Part shown: piece after piece, positions 19,654 through 30,560 of the stretch
Position numbering within the stretch: the stretch's first letter is position 1
How the letters are laid out: every line of letters starts with the position of its first letter
Origin: Polynucleobacter necessarius
GTDB taxonomy: Bacteria; Pseudomonadota; Gammaproteobacteria; Burkholderiales; Burkholderiaceae
Direction: 5' to 3'
NCBI RefSeq assembly: GCF_900095195.1
Contig: NZ_LT606950.1
Coordinates: forward strand, 1,057,207 to 1,089,206
DNA: 32,000 nucleotides
Program-made: the position numbers and the translations under genes
Notes under the pieces: model-generated
Told to the model about the DNA's origin: nothing
Databases searched by the model: none
The model's input: the letters and a program-made list of their open reading frames with translations, nothing else

Positions 19654-20982
19654 TTACGCAACGACTGTCGCGAATTCCGAAAAATACGTCGGGAAAGTTT
19701 TTGCCACGCAGTTCGGATCATTAATTTTGAGAGTATTAGGCCCAAAAGCGGCTAATGAAAAACACATCGCCATACGATGGTCATCGTATGTATCAATACC
19801 TTCACTTGGGGATTTCCAATCACTAAGTGATACTGGCGCTTGAACCACAACATAGTCAGCACCCTCCTCAACGATTGCACCAACTTTTTTCAACTCTTTC
19901 GCCATCGCCGCAATGCGATCGGTTTCCTTCACGCGCCAGCTTGCAATATTATTTAAGCGAGTTGGGCCATCAGCGAATAATGCAGCAACTGCTAATGTCA
20001 TTGCTGCATCTGGAATTTCTGTGCAGTCCAGAGTAATACCATTGAGTTTGCCGTTGGTATTTTTTACACCAGAAACCTCAATCCAATCCTCACCAGCGGA
20101 GATCTTGGCACCCATCTGCGCAAGCGCATCAGCAAATGCCACATCTCCCTGAATACTCTCTTTACCAACACCTAAGACCTTGACTGGGCCACTACCAATG
20201 GCGCCCAGCGCTAAGAAATACGAAGCAGAAGAGGCATCGCCTTCAACAGATAACTGACCAGGACTCTTATAAACCGCATCCGATGTCTTTGCTGGAATGA
20301 CAAATGATTGCTTATCAGGGCAAGCAACTATGACACCAAATCTGGCCATTAATTTCAGGGTGATATCAATGTATGGACGTGAAATTAATTCCCCTACCAC
20401 CTCAATCCGTACTGGTTCAGTTGCTACCAAAGGTAAAGCCATCAACAATGCAGTCAAGAATTGACTCGACACGTCGCCGCGCACTTTCACGACATCTTTG
20501 ATTTGAATCTCTGCCGCTGAAATTTTGATTGGAGGGTAGCCCTCCTGTAATTCATAGTCGACCTTTGCGCCTACCTGACGCAAACCATCAACCAAATCCC
20601 GAATCGGCCGCTCGTGCATACGTGCGACACCTGATAGACGATAGTTGCCACCCTGCATTGCTAGAGCAGCAGTTAATGGTCGAATAGCAGTTCCTGCATT
20701 CCCCATAAAAAGATCTGCATCCCGTACTGGGAACTTCCCGCCACAGCCCTCAACCACGCAAACATGATCACCCCTGTCGGTAACCGTCAGACCCAACTGG
20801 CGTAGAGCGTTACGCATGACCTGCGTGTCCTCGGCATCGAGCAGATTCTTGAGTGTCGTCGTTCCTGAGGAGAGTGCCGCTAGCAGAAACGCGCGATTGG
20901 AGATACTTTTTGAGCCTGGTAAGACGATCGAGCCTTGCGCTCGCTTGAATGGGCCAATACGAATATCAGGTAACCCGCTCAT
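19654..20982 (-). CDS. aroA: 3-phosphoshikimate 1-carboxyvinyltransferase (EPSP synthase)
   Basis: 442 aa with [27 protein letters not shown] and [12 protein letters not shown] overlap with tyrA at 20979..20982. Confidence 0.95.
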   Translation of the reverse strand: MSGLPDIRIGPFKRAQGSIVLPGSKSISNRAFLLAALSSGTTTLKNLLDAEDTQVMRNALRQLGLTVTDRGDHVCVVEGCGGKFPVRDADLFMGNAGTAIRPLTAALAMQGGNYRLSGVARMHERPIRDLVDGLRQVGAKVDYELQEGYPPIKISAAEIQIKDVVKVRGDVSSQFLTALLMALPLVATEPVRIEVVGELISRPYIDITLKLMARFGVIVACPDKQSFVIPAKTSDAVYKSPGQLSVEGDASSASYFLALGAIGSGPVKVLGVGKESIQGDVAFADALAQMGAKISAGEDWIEVSGVKNTNGKLNGITLDCTEIPDAAMTLAVAALFADGPTRLNNIASWRVKETDRIAAMAKELKKVGAIVEEGADYVVVQAPVSLSDWKSPSEGIDTYDDHRMAMCFSLAAFGPNTLKINDPNCVAKTFPTYFSEFATVVA

Positions 20983-21863
20983 TCACCAACATCCAACTCT
21001 TGACGCGCTTTACTTGCCTTATTGAATAACTTTTCTAAGCCGGCACCATCATTTTCCGAAATCAATTTACGCATATAATTGACGACCAGTAAATATTGAT
21101 CAAGCTCTTTCAGAATAGCAGCGCGATTACCAAGACAAATATCACGCCACATCTCTGGACTAGAAGCGGCGATTCTGGTGAAATCTTTAAACCCAGCGCC
21201 AACATGACCAAGTTTTTGTTCGGCGTCTTCAGAGTTCACGACGCTAGCCATTAAGGCGTAAGACAGAATATAGGGTAAGTGTGAGACCGCTGCGTAAATA
21301 GCGTCATGCTGCACAACACCGATTTTCTTCACCACTGAGCCAACTGACTCCCAAAATCCAGTGATCAGCGCAGTATCCTCCGGTGAATTTTCTTGTAATG
21401 GGCAAATGATAGTTTGCTTGCCTTGAAATAAATCCGCCTTAGCAGCGCTGGCACCATGTTGCGCACCACCGGCAATTGGATGCGCTGGCACAAATTGGCA
21501 AGCTTTTTTACCCAAAACTTCTTTGGCAGCCAAAATGACATCACCCTTGATGCTGCCAGCATCCGTGATCATGGTGCGCGACTCAAGGCATGGCTCCATC
21601 ACTGCGAAGGATGCGCGCATCTGGGCAACAGGCACACAAAGCACAATGACATCAGACTGCTTTGTGGCTTCCACTAAATCGACCACACTATCAATTGCAC
21701 CTATCTTTAGGGCTTGATCTAAATTTTCTTTACTACGACCAACACCAAGCACCTTGGTGATAACCCCTGCTTTTTTGAGAGCCAAACCCAAAGAGGCGCC
21801 AATCAAACCAACGCCCACTATGGTGACAGTTCCATAATTACTAGAAGGATTAATGATGGTCAT
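20979..21863 (-). CDS. tyrA: prephenate dehydrogenase
   Basis: The true start MTIINPS...[14 protein letters not shown] (NAD-binding) is at 21863, overlapping the hisC stop (ATGA). The 25-codon extension in the track ORF is rejected. Confidence 0.88.
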   Translation of the reverse strand: MTIINPSSNYGTVTIVGVGLIGASLGLALKKAGVITKVLGVGRSKENLDQALKIGAIDSVVDLVEATKQSDVIVLCVPVAQMRASFAVMEPCLESRTMITDAGSIKGDVILAAKEVLGKKACQFVPAHPIAGGAQHGASAAKADLFQGKQTIICPLQENSPEDTALITGFWESVGSVVKKIGVVQHDAIYAAVSHLPYILSYALMASVVNSEDAEQKLGHVGAGFKDFTRIAASSPEMWRDICLGNRAAILKELDQYLLVVNYMRKLISENDGAGLEKLFNKASKARQELDVGE

Positions 21864-22981
21864 TGAGATAGGATTTCTTTTAAAGCCGTAATGAATGCCG
21901 CATTTTCTTCTGGCAATCCAATAGAGATGCGCAGCCATTGTGGCAAACCATAGCTACCAACCGGGCGAACAATAATGCCTCGCTTCAATAGTGCTAAGTT
22001 AATGCGCCCGCCCGCTTGATCATCGTCGCCTACTTTAACTAAAACAAAGTTTCCTGCCGATGGTAAATAACGCAAACCAAATTGGTCAAATGCTTTCGTT
22101 AATTGCTCGTAACCCGCGCGATTCAACTCAAACCCTTGCTGCAAAAATTCCTTATCTTGAAATGCGGCAATTGCAGCTGCCTGGGCCAAACTATTGACGT
22201 TAAATGGCTGACGGATTCTATTGAGTAAATCCGTTAAGTGCGGTTGCGCAACCCCATAACCAATACGTAGGCCAGCTAAACCATAAGCCTTAGAAAAACT
22301 GCGCGACAAAATCATATTGGGAAAACGCTTTACCCATGCAATGGCGTCATAGCGCTGCTCTGATGCGAGGTATTCGTTGTAGGCCTCATCCAATACCACT
22401 ACTATATGCGATGGCAGCGCCACTAAAAAGTCTTCAATCTCTTTTGCAGTCAGGTAACTACCCGTTGGATTATTGGGATTGGCCACAAAAACTAATTTTG
22501 CTTTGTCACCCGCAGCTTTTACAGCCGCTAGCATTGCCGGAAGATCGTGACCATAGGTGTCAGTTGCAGCAACCTCCACCGCTTTAGCGCCAACCGCTTG
22601 AGTAGCTAACAAATAAACCGCGAAAGCATGCTTTGAGAAGATCACTTCATCGCCAGCTTGAGCAACTGCACGCGCGGCTAATTCCAAAATATCGTTACTG
22701 CCATTGCCCAGCGTGATCCAATCAGCTGGCACACCTAAAGAGTTAGACAAAACATTCTTTAACTCAAAGCCATTGGAATCTGGATAACGCCCCAAATCAA
22801 TTGCTGCTTGAAACATAGCTTCTTGAGCGGACTTTGGCATTCCCAGCGGATTTTCATTGGAAGCCAACTTCACAATCTTGTTTTCATCTAAACCATATTC
22901 GCGCGCCACTTCGCTGATGGGACGACCACCAACATAGGGTGCAATAGCATGGATATGTTTTAAGCCAATTTTAGAGAACAT
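21860..22981 (-). CDS. hisC: histidinol-phosphate/aromatic aminotransferase (HisC family)
   Basis: 373-aa class-II aminotransferase (LASNENPLG, SRSFSKAYGLAGLRIGY with the PLP-binding Lys). Confidence 0.88.
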   Translation of the reverse strand: MFSKIGLKHIHAIAPYVGGRPISEVAREYGLDENKIVKLASNENPLGMPKSAQEAMFQAAIDLGRYPDSNGFELKNVLSNSLGVPADWITLGNGSNDILELAARAVAQAGDEVIFSKHAFAVYLLATQAVGAKAVEVAATDTYGHDLPAMLAAVKAAGDKAKLVFVANPNNPTGSYLTAKEIEDFLVALPSHIVVVLDEAYNEYLASEQRYDAIAWVKRFPNMILSRSFSKAYGLAGLRIGYGVAQPHLTDLLNRIRQPFNVNSLAQAAAIAAFQDKEFLQQGFELNRAGYEQLTKAFDQFGLRYLPSAGNFVLVKVGDDDQAGGRINLALLKRGIIVRPVGSYGLPQWLRISIGLPEENAAFITALKEILSQ

Positions 22982-22999
22982 ACTTACTTTACAAATGAA

Positions 23000-24079
23000 C
23001 TAAGCAGAATGAGGGTGGGAGCCGAGGTTCTTATAGAAGGCAGCAACCTCTCTCAACTCCTTTAATGCTTCTACAACCTTTGTATCGTCAGCATGTCCAG
23101 CAATATCAATGTAAAAGTGATATTCCCATGTCCCCTTGCGGGCAGGGCGAGATTCAAAGCGGTTCATAGACACGCCATGTTTCGCTAAAGGCGCCAATAA
23201 ACGGTGCACAGCACCCGGTTGGTTGTCCACTGAGAGCACCAATGATGTTTGGTCTTTGCCTGTAGGTTGGCAAGCATAGTTACCCACTACAACGAAGCGA
23301 GTGCGATTGTGTGGATCATCCTGAATTTGCGTGGCGACCGCCTGTAAACCATAAGCTTCTTGTGCAGAATCTCCAGCAATAGCAGCTAATGTTGGATCAT
23401 TCGCAGCCAATCGGGCTGCCTCCGAATTACTACTAACAGCTTGGCGCTTTAACTGTGGCGCATGCACGCTCAACCATTGCTGACATTGGGCCAACGCTTG
23501 TGCATGAGCACAAACGGTTGTCACGCCATCCAAATTACCACTCTTGGTTAGCAAATGGTGGTGAATGGGGAGAACCACTTCTCCGCTAATACGCATGGAG
23601 GAATCTAGCAACAAATCAAGTGTGCGCGAGATTGCACCCTCACTCGAATTTTCTACAGGCACAACACCGAATTGCGCCGCGCCTTTCTCGACCGCCTTAA
23701 AAACCTCATCGAGACTTGCGCATGGCAAGCCAGCAATCGAATGGCCAAAATAGGTTTGTGCCGCTTGCTCGGAGAAAGTACCTACTGGCCCCAGATAGGC
23801 GATCGTTTGACGTGTTTCTAGTGCTCTGCAGACTGACATAACCTCACGCCAGATTGCCGCAATACCATCTGGCAGCAATGGCCCCTGATTTATTTCTTGC
23901 AAACGCGCAACCACTTGACGTTCGCGCTCAGGGCGAAACACTGGCAAAGAGAAACCACCTTTGACGTGACCAACTTCTTGCGCCGCTTTGGCGCGCTGCG
24001 TCAATAAATCCAAAATCTGCGCATCGAGCGCATCAATTTTTTCCCTTAAGGAAGCTAAGCGCTGTTCTTCAGTACTCAT
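23000..24079 (-). CDS. pheA: bifunctional chorismate mutase / prephenate dehydratase
   Basis: 359 aa with an N-terminal CM domain (LREKIDALDAQILDLLTQRA), a PDT domain (TRFVVVG) and an ACT domain (ESRPARKGTWEYHFYID). Confidence 0.95.
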   Translation of the reverse strand: MSTEEQRLASLREKIDALDAQILDLLTQRAKAAQEVGHVKGGFSLPVFRPERERQVVARLQEINQGPLLPDGIAAIWREVMSVCRALETRQTIAYLGPVGTFSEQAAQTYFGHSIAGLPCASLDEVFKAVEKGAAQFGVVPVENSSEGAISRTLDLLLDSSMRISGEVVLPIHHHLLTKSGNLDGVTTVCAHAQALAQCQQWLSVHAPQLKRQAVSSNSEAARLAANDPTLAAIAGDSAQEAYGLQAVATQIQDDPHNRTRFVVVGNYACQPTGKDQTSLVLSVDNQPGAVHRLLAPLAKHGVSMNRFESRPARKGTWEYHFYIDIAGHADDTKVVEALKELREVAAFYKNLGSHPHSA

Positions 24080-25176
24080 TAAGCCCGCCTTTCAAAGTCG
24101 TGCATGAATTCCACTAGGGCTTTAACGCCCTCAATTGGCATTGCGTTATAAATGCTGGCGCGCATACCACCTGCGGCTTTGTGGCCACGCAAAGCAACCA
24201 GTCCAGCAGCATTCGACTGCGCCAGAAACTCAGCGTTTAGGCTCTCATCTTTCAGAAAAAAAGTCACGTTCATCCGGGAACGATATTCCTTAGTGACGCG
24301 ATTTTCATACAAACTGCTTTGATCTAAGAAGTTATAGAGCAAGTCTGCCTTTTCTTGATTGCGCTTCTCAATCGCCTGGACGCCACCCTCTTTCAATAGC
24401 CATTTAAAACCTAAGCCAGCCATATAAATTGAGAATGTAGGCGGGGTGTTGATCATGGATTGGGTGTTTGCCTGAATAGACCAATCCCAAATGGTTGGTG
24501 TTATTCCCATGCTATGGCCCAGCAAATCCTTACGCACAATCACAATTGTTACACCAGACGGCCCGATATTTTTTTGCGCACCGCCAAACCAAACAGCGCA
24601 CCTATTGACGTCCATTTCTTTTGAAAGGATATTGCTTGATATATCTGCAACCAAAGGGGTGTTGCCAACATCTGGTACATCAGGAAACCCAACGCCACCA
24701 ATCGTTTCATTTGCACAATAGTGCACATATGCAGCATCAATCGATAGATTCCAAGATGATCTTGGTGGAATCGTATTGAATTTTTCCGCGGCAGATGACG
24801 CTGCTAAATTCGCGGTACCGTATTTTTGCGCCTCTTTAAACGATTTTTCAGACCAAATACCTGTTACTAAAAAATCAGCCTTCGGGCCATTCTTTGCCAA
24901 AGGCATTAAGTTCATAGGAATAGCAGCATTTTGTCCTAGACCACCACCTTGCAATAGCAAAATTTCATACGTATCAGGTATACGCATCAAGGTGCGTAAA
25001 TCTTGCAAAGTCTCTTCATACACTTCCATGAATTCTTTGCTACGATGACTGATCTCCATCACGCTCGTACCAAGACCGCGCCAGTTCAGCATCTCATCTG
25101 CAGCCTGCTTCAACACCTCTTCAGGCAAGGTAGCAGGCCCCGCAGCGAAATTAAAGATGCGGCGGTCAAAAGTCAT
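24079..25176 (-). CDS. serC: phosphoserine aminotransferase
   Basis: 365 aa with FNFAAGPATLPEEVL and GGAQKNIGPSGVTIVIV. Its stop overlaps the pheA ATG by 1 nt. Confidence 0.95.
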   Translation of the reverse strand: MTFDRRIFNFAAGPATLPEEVLKQAADEMLNWRGLGTSVMEISHRSKEFMEVYEETLQDLRTLMRIPDTYEILLLQGGGLGQNAAIPMNLMPLAKNGPKADFLVTGIWSEKSFKEAQKYGTANLAASSAAEKFNTIPPRSSWNLSIDAAYVHYCANETIGGVGFPDVPDVGNTPLVADISSNILSKEMDVNRCAVWFGGAQKNIGPSGVTIVIVRKDLLGHSMGITPTIWDWSIQANTQSMINTPPTFSIYMAGLGFKWLLKEGGVQAIEKRNQEKADLLYNFLDQSSLYENRVTKEYRSRMNVTFFLKDESLNAEFLAQSNAAGLVALRGHKAAGGMRASIYNAMPIEGVKALVEFMHDFERRA

Positions 25177-25192
25177 AATGTGATTAGTCTAG

Positions 25193-25213
25193 GGTGACGC
25201 CTTAAGCGTCACC
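25193..25213 (-). other. perfect 8-bp GC-rich hairpin spanning the gyrA stop codon
   Basis: GGTGACGC (25193..25200), cttaa, GCGTCACC (25206..25213). The gyrA stop (25202..25204) lies in the loop. No U-tract follows on the minus strand. serC starts 17 nt downstream. Confidence 0.5.
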
Positions 25214-27901
25214 AGCTGCATCAGAATTGGTATCGGTTGCTGATTCTTCAGAGGCATCACCATCTTCTGCATCTTCATCTGAATCACTCTCAGCAATACG
25301 TTGCAACCCAGAAAGACGAGTACCTTCATCGACATTAATTAGGGTTACGCCTTGTGTGGCGCGCCCCATCTCACGAATTTCTGAAACGCGAGTGCGAACC
25401 AAGACGCCACCAGTTGTAATCAACATGATTTGATCCTCTGGTGATACTAACGCAGCTGCAACGACTTTACCGTTACGCCCTGTTGTCTGAATCGCGATCA
25501 TACCCTTCGTGCCACGACCGTGACGAGTGTATTCGGCGATTGGCGTGCGTTTACCGTAGCCATTTTCCGTTGCCGTCAACACGCTACTGGGGATCGCAAC
25601 ACCATTCTCATCAACCGCTGCAGTTTGTGCACCTTCCGCAGCTTCTGCAGGAGCAACCAACATAGCGATAACTTGATGTCCCTCACCCAAGTTCATACCA
25701 CGTACGCCACGCGCAGTTCTGCCCATAGGACGAACATCGTTTTCATCGAAACGCACGGCTTTACCGGCGTCAGAGAACAACATCACGTCATGCTGACCAT
25801 CCGTAATCGCCACACCCACCAAGAAATCATCCTCGTTGAGATCTACTGCAATGATTCCAGCCTTGCGCGGGTTGGAGAAATCAGACAAGCGGGTTTTCTT
25901 CACAGTTCCTAAACGGGTTGCCATGAAGACATAGTGGTCGTCTTGATAACCCTTAATTGGAAGAATCACGGTGATTTTTTCACCCTCAATCAGCGGGAAC
26001 ATATTCACAATGGGCTTACCACGGGAAGTGCGACTACCTTGTGGAACTTCCCACACCTTGAGCCAGTACATACGACCCCGATCCGAGAAGCACAGAATCG
26101 TATCGTGCGTATTTGCGACAAACAACGTATCGATCCAGTCTTCATCTTTTGTTGCGGCAGCTTGTTTGCCACGACCGCCACGTTTTTGCGCACGGTACTC
26201 ACTTAATGGCTGACTCTTCATGTAGCCAGTATGCGAAAGCGTCACCACCATATCCTGCGGAGTGATTAAGTCTTCCGTGAAGAGTTCGGTTGCGTTCATT
26301 TCAATGAACGAGCGACGACCGTTATCGCTACCAGCAGCACCAAATTCAGATTTAACTTCTTTAAGCTCGGCCTCAATTACTTGCGTGACACGCTCTGGCT
26401 TAGCCAAGAGATCCAACAAATCTGAAATCTCTGCCATCACCTCTTTGTATTCATTAACGATCTTATCTTGCTCAAGACCCGTCAAGCGTTGCAAACGCAT
26501 CTGCAAAATTTCTTGCGCCTGACTATCTGACAAACGATACAAACCGGTTGATTGCATACCGTACTCAGGCAACAATCCTTCTGGGCGATAAGCATTGCGG
26601 CCGCCTGGTGCGTCACTCTCAGCACGCGCCAACATCTCACGCACCATCGATGAGTCGCAGGCCTTGCCCATCAACTCTTGTTTTGCAATCACTGGATTTG
26701 CAGCTGCTTTGATAATCGCAATGAACTCATCAATGTTTGCTAGAGCAACCGCTAAACCTTCGAGAACATGACCACGCTCACGCGCTTTGCGCAATTCAAA
26801 AATGGTACGGCGTGTTACCACTTCGCGACGATGCTGCAAGAAATATTCCAGCATCTGCTTCAAGTTCAATAAGCGTGGCTGGTTATCGACCAATGCCACC
26901 ATATTCATGCCGAAGTTATCTTGTAACTGCGTACTCTTGTATAAATTATTGAGAACCACTTCAGGCACTTCGCCACGCTTGAGCTCAATCACAACACGCA
27001 TGCCGGATTTATCAGACTCATCGCGAAGATCGGAAATGCCTTCAATCTTTTTCTCATTTACGAGCTCAGCAATGCGCTCGAGCAAATTCTTTTTATTAAC
27101 CTGGTACGGCAACTCATCAACAATGATGGCTTGACGAGCGCCCCTATCCAAATCTTCAAAATGGGTTTTGGCACGCATTACCACGCGACCACGACCAGTG
27201 CGGTAACCCTCACGGACCCCCTGGAGACCATAAATGATGCCGGCGGTAGGGAAATCAGGGGCTGGGATGATCTCAATCAGCTCATCAATTGAGCATTCTG
27301 GGTTCCTCAAAACGTGCAAACAGGCCGAAATGACCTCATCAAGGTTATGAGGAGGGATATTGGTTGCCATACCCACCGCAATGCCAGAACTACCATTTAT
27401 CAGCAAATTCGGCACTTTGGCCGGCAAAATCAGGGGTTCTTTCTCGCTACCGTCGTAATTTGGCCCAAAATCAACGGTTTCCTTGTCCAAATCGGCCAAA
27501 AGCTCATGGGCGATCTTCCGGAGCCGGATCTCGGTATACCGCATTGCAGCAGCGTTATCCCCGTCTACAGAGCCAAAGTTGCCCTGGCCGTCAACCAGCA
27601 TATAGCGTAGCGAGAAGTCCTGGGCCATCCGAACGATGGTATCATACACCGCAGAATCACCGTGCGGATGGTATTTACCGATCACATCGCCAACTATGCG
27701 GGCAGATTTTTTGTAAGCTCGGTTCCAATCGTTGTTTAATTCATACATCGCGTATAAGACCCGGCGGTGAACCGGTTTGAGGCCATCACGCACGCCTGGC
27801 AGGGCTCTGCCGACAATGACGCTCATTGCGTAGTCCAAATAGGACCGCCGCATTTCGTCTTCGAGGGATATTGGTAGTGTTTCTTTAGCGGCTTGTTCCA
27901 T
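25202..27901 (-). CDS. gyrA: DNA gyrase subunit A
   Basis: 899 aa with the catalytic-Tyr region [22 protein letters not shown]-terminal beta-pinwheel repeats and an acidic tail. Confidence 0.98.
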   Translation of the reverse strand: MEQAAKETLPISLEDEMRRSYLDYAMSVIVGRALPGVRDGLKPVHRRVLYAMYELNNDWNRAYKKSARIVGDVIGKYHPHGDSAVYDTIVRMAQDFSLRYMLVDGQGNFGSVDGDNAAAMRYTEIRLRKIAHELLADLDKETVDFGPNYDGSEKEPLILPAKVPNLLINGSSGIAVGMATNIPPHNLDEVISACLHVLRNPECSIDELIEIIPAPDFPTAGIIYGLQGVREGYRTGRGRVVMRAKTHFEDLDRGARQAIIVDELPYQVNKKNLLERIAELVNEKKIEGISDLRDESDKSGMRVVIELKRGEVPEVVLNNLYKSTQLQDNFGMNMVALVDNQPRLLNLKQMLEYFLQHRREVVTRRTIFELRKARERGHVLEGLAVALANIDEFIAIIKAAANPVIAKQELMGKACDSSMVREMLARAESDAPGGRNAYRPEGLLPEYGMQSTGLYRLSDSQAQEILQMRLQRLTGLEQDKIVNEYKEVMAEISDLLDLLAKPERVTQVIEAELKEVKSEFGAAGSDNGRRSFIEMNATELFTEDLITPQDMVVTLSHTGYMKSQPLSEYRAQKRGGRGKQAAATKDEDWIDTLFVANTHDTILCFSDRGRMYWLKVWEVPQGSRTSRGKPIVNMFPLIEGEKITVILPIKGYQDDHYVFMATRLGTVKKTRLSDFSNPRKAGIIAVDLNEDDFLVGVAITDGQHDVMLFSDAGKAVRFDENDVRPMGRTARGVRGMNLGEGHQVIAMLVAPAEAAEGAQTAAVDENGVAIPSSVLTATENGYGKRTPIAEYTRHGRGTKGMIAIQTTGRNGKVVAAALVSPEDQIMLITTGGVLVRTRVSEIREMGRATQGVTLINVDEGTRLSGLQRIAESDSDEDAEDGDASEESATDTNSDAAGDA

Positions 27902-28060
27902 CTAGAAATAATATCATTTTGATGACTGAGGGGCGCTATGCTAAGATTCTGTCAGTTTGTACGAAATTGAGATGTGTCGCTTTGCGGTTTTTTGCTTCAA
28001 AGTAGGGCGAATTACATTTAAGTTTGACTTTAATTAAAAAGAGATTTTTGAGGACTAAAA

Positions 28061-28627
28061 ATGAACAAAACCCTAAAACTGTTACTCGCTTCTGTTATTA
28101 CCGTTTCTGTTTCTGCAGCAATGGCTTCTGACAACTGGGAGAACAGCTCTGGCTTGAACTGGAAAAACGGCGATGGCACATTGTGCTGGCGCGACAACAA
28201 CTGGACTCCTGCAACTGCTGCTAAGGGTTGCGACGGTGCATTGACTACAGGTGCTGCTTCTAGCGTTACCCAAAGCAAAATCACTTTGCAAGCTGACACC
28301 CTCTATGACTTCAACAAATCCGATTTGAAACCAGAAGGCAAAGCAACTTTGGACAAAATTGCTGCTGATTTGAAGAAAATCAAGTTGGAAGTGATCATTG
28401 CTGTTGGTAACACCGATAGCGTTGGTACAGATGCATACAACATGGCTCTCGGTCAGCGTCGTGCGCAATCTGTTAAGACCTACCTCGTAAGCAAGGGTGT
28501 TGACGGTAGCCGTATCTACACAGAATCTAAAGGCAAGAGCAATCCAGTTGCATCTAACGCAACTGCTGAAGGTCGCGTTAAGAACCGCCGTACTGACATC
28601 GAAGTTGTTGGTACAGCAGCTAAGTAA
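28061..28627 (+). CDS. OmpA-family peptidoglycan-associated protein
   Basis: 188 aa. GAGGA lies 7 nt upstream. It has a signal peptide (…VSVSAAMA|SD) and an OmpA C-like domain (FNKSDLKPEG..., GNTDSVGTDAYNMALGQRRAQSV, NRRTDIEV). Confidence 0.85.
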   Translation: MNKTLKLLLASVITVSVSAAMASDNWENSSGLNWKNGDGTLCWRDNNWTPATAAKGCDGALTTGAASSVTQSKITLQADTLYDFNKSDLKPEGKATLDKIAADLKKIKLEVIIAVGNTDSVGTDAYNMALGQRRAQSVKTYLVSKGVDGSRIYTESKGKSNPVASNATAEGRVKNRRTDIEVVGTAAK

Positions 28628-28645
28628 TTCACATTACTTGTGAGA

Positions 28646-28671
28646 AAGCCCGCCTCTAGCGGGCTTTTTTA
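28646..28671 (+). terminator. rho-independent terminator after the ompA-family gene
   Basis: AAGCCCGC-ctcta-GCGGGCTT followed by TTTTAT, 19 nt after the stop. Confidence 0.85.
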
Positions 28672-28724
28672 TTTCCGCTATATTCATAACCTCCACCACT
28701 CGCTTCATGTATAAGTAAATCAAA

Positions 28725-29414
28725 ATGAATGTTGATCCATCTGAAATCGCAAAATTTAGCGCTCTCGCCCATCGCTGGTGGGATCCCAATAGCGAATTCA
28801 AGCCTTTGCATGCAATCAATCCTTTACGCCTTGGTTGGATTCAATCGTTCGTCAATCTGGAAGGCAAAAAAGTGGTTGATGTTGGTTGTGGTGGTGGCAT
28901 TCTTGCTGAATCCATTTCACAATCGGGGGCAGAGACCACTGGTATCGATTTGTCTGAGAAAGCATTAAAGGTCGCAGAGTTGCACGCATTGGAGGTTGGA
29001 GCCAACCTCACCTATCGATCGATTTCTGCAGAAGCATTAGCTGAAGAACAACCCGAACAATACGATGTTGTTACTTGCATGGAAATGCTAGAACACGTTC
29101 CAGATCCTGCATCTGTAGTGCGCGCATGCACCAAACTTTGTAAGCCTGGTGGCACGCTCTTTTTTAGCACTTTAAATCGCAATCCAAAGTCCTACTTATT
29201 TGCCATTATTGGCGCTGAGTACATCCTCAAATTACTACCAAAAGGTACTCACGAATATGCCAAATTTATTAAGCCTTCCGAGCTTGTTGCGTTTACGCGT
29301 CAAACAGGATTGCAAATGCTCGGCATAAAAGGTTTGAGCTACAACCCATTAACGCAGATCTATAGCCTGAATGATGATGTAGACGTCAATTACATGATTG
29401 CAGTACGTAAATGA
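28725..29414 (+). CDS. ubiG: bifunctional 3-demethylubiquinol 3-O-methyltransferase / 2-polyprenyl-6-hydroxyphenol methylase
   Basis: 229 aa with [30 protein letters not shown] and the SAM motif [13 protein letters not shown]. Confidence 0.93.
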   Translation: MNVDPSEIAKFSALAHRWWDPNSEFKPLHAINPLRLGWIQSFVNLEGKKVVDVGCGGGILAESISQSGAETTGIDLSEKALKVAELHALEVGANLTYRSISAEALAEEQPEQYDVVTCMEMLEHVPDPASVVRACTKLCKPGGTLFFSTLNRNPKSYLFAIIGAEYILKLLPKGTHEYAKFIKPSELVAFTRQTGLQMLGIKGLSYNPLTQIYSLNDDVDVNYMIAVRK

Positions 29415-30097
29415 CAAAGCAGCTAAACCAAAGCCCCTACCATGGGGTCTTTTTTGATCTGGATGGCACACTCGCAGATACCGCTCCGGACTTAGTAGCC
29501 GCTACGAACAAATTGCTCGTTGCGCGTAATTTAGCACCTAAGCCTTATGAATTTCTTCGCCCCTATGCGTCTGCTGGCGCAAGAGGATTGCTTGAGGGCG
29601 CATTTGGTATTACCCCAGAACATTCTGACTTTATCGCCTTGAGGGATGAATTTTTCTCCAACTATGAGAAAGCGTTATTGGTCGAAAGCAAGTTATTCGA
29701 TGATATGGCGAATTTACTGGATTGCATGGACCAAGCCAAGCTTCCCTGGGGAATAGTGACGAACAAAAGTCAGCGCTTCACTAAGCCGCTCATTGAGCTG
29801 ATGGGCTTACACACGAGATCCATTTCTACAGTATCTGGCGACACAACCCCTCACTCAAAACCACATCCAGAGCCCATCCTGCACGCCGCTCGCGCTGCCA
29901 ATATTAATCCAACAAAATCACTTTATGTGGGTGATGACATTCGCGACGTCATTGCAGGTAAAACAGCCGGCATGCAAACAGTTGCCGCTGCATATGGCTA
30001 TTGCGGCTGCAAAGAACCTCCAGAGGCCTGGGGCGCTGATTTTGTGATTCATGCACCGCTTGAACTGTTACAAATCATCTTCCCCAATAGGGAATAA
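29411..30097 (+). CDS. gph: HAD-family phosphoglycolate phosphatase
   Basis: 228 aa with the DxD motif [11 protein letters not shown], then VTNK and [12 protein letters not shown] overlap with ubiG; ubiG-gph pairing is common in beta/gamma-proteobacteria. Confidence 0.8.
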   Translation: MTKQLNQSPYHGVFFDLDGTLADTAPDLVAATNKLLVARNLAPKPYEFLRPYASAGARGLLEGAFGITPEHSDFIALRDEFFSNYEKALLVESKLFDDMANLLDCMDQAKLPWGIVTNKSQRFTKPLIELMGLHTRSISTVSGDTTPHSKPHPEPILHAARAANINPTKSLYVGDDIRDVIAGKTAGMQTVAAAYGYCGCKEPPEAWGADFVIHAPLELLQIIFPNRE

Positions 30098-30161
30098 GCC
30101 AAAGTTATTGCACAATTTAAGGCTACTCGCCTTAAAATAGACCCTCCAATGCATGCACTTC

Positions 30162-30520
30162 GGGGTCGACATGGTTTCGACGTAGATTACAAAGCATCAA
30201 GGGCATACCGAGAACCCGTTATCTCGTAAATCAATGGGAATGTAATAACTGCTAACGACGAACGTTACGCACTAGCCGCTTAATTGCGGTTGCCCCTGAA
30301 CTGATTCTCTCTTGGGTCAGGTAGCGCAAGCTACATCAGGGTCATATACAAGAGATAAGGCTATTTTGCGTCACGAAGAATAGTTCGAAAACCAAGTGAA
30401 TCGTCAGCGAGAAACGTGTCAATCCGTGCCTCATTGATTAAATCAAACGATATGACTAAGTATGTAGAACTTGTTGTAGAGGATTTGCGGACGCGGGTTC
30501 GATTCCCGCCGACTCCACCA
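30162..30520 (+). ncRNA. ssrA: transfer-messenger RNA (tmRNA)
   Basis: The 5' end GGGGTCGACATGGTTTCGACG pairs with the 3' end ...CGACTCCACCA, an acceptor stem with a G3:U pair. The T-arm is GGGTTCGATTCCC. The tag ORF GCT AAC GAC GAA CGT TAC GCA CTA GCC GCT TAA (30251..30283) encodes ANDERYALAA. The RNA is colinear with E. coli SsrA as I recall it. Confidence 0.95.
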
Positions 30521-30527
30521 ATTTAAT

Positions 30528-30560
30528 AAGTCCCTCTGATTCTTAGAGGGGCTTTGTTTT
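30528..30560 (+). terminator. rho-independent terminator after ssrA (possibly bidirectional)
   Basis: AAGTCCCTCT (30528..30537), gattctt, AGAGGGGCTT (30545..30554): 10 bp with one G:U pair, then TGTTTT. It overlaps the stop of the convergent methyltransferase pseudogene. Confidence 0.7.

Noticed and set aside
19650-19745. N-terminal extensions of cmk, tyrA (21864..21938) and etfB (1757..1762) in the ORF track
   Set aside because: The extensions overlap the preceding genes and begin upstream of canonical conserved N-termini. Internal ATGs give the standard proteins with typical stop/start coupling.
27641-27655. gyrA quinolone-resistance-determining positions
   Set aside because: Codon 83 is TCT (Ser) and codon 87 is GAT (Asp), the wild-type susceptible pattern, so there is nothing unusual.
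25227-27780. Many plus-strand ORFs of 64-138 aa inside gyrA (for example 25520..25912, 26787..27134, 27364..27780)
   Set aside because: All are antisense to an unambiguous, full-length gyrA. Their translations are low-complexity and Arg/Ser/Cys-rich with no start context. They are typical shadow ORFs.
28030-28468. Minus-strand ORFs (89 and 128 aa) overlapping the ompA-family gene
   Set aside because: The plus-strand gene has an RBS, a signal peptide, an OmpA C-like domain and a strong terminator. The antisense ORFs have none of these.
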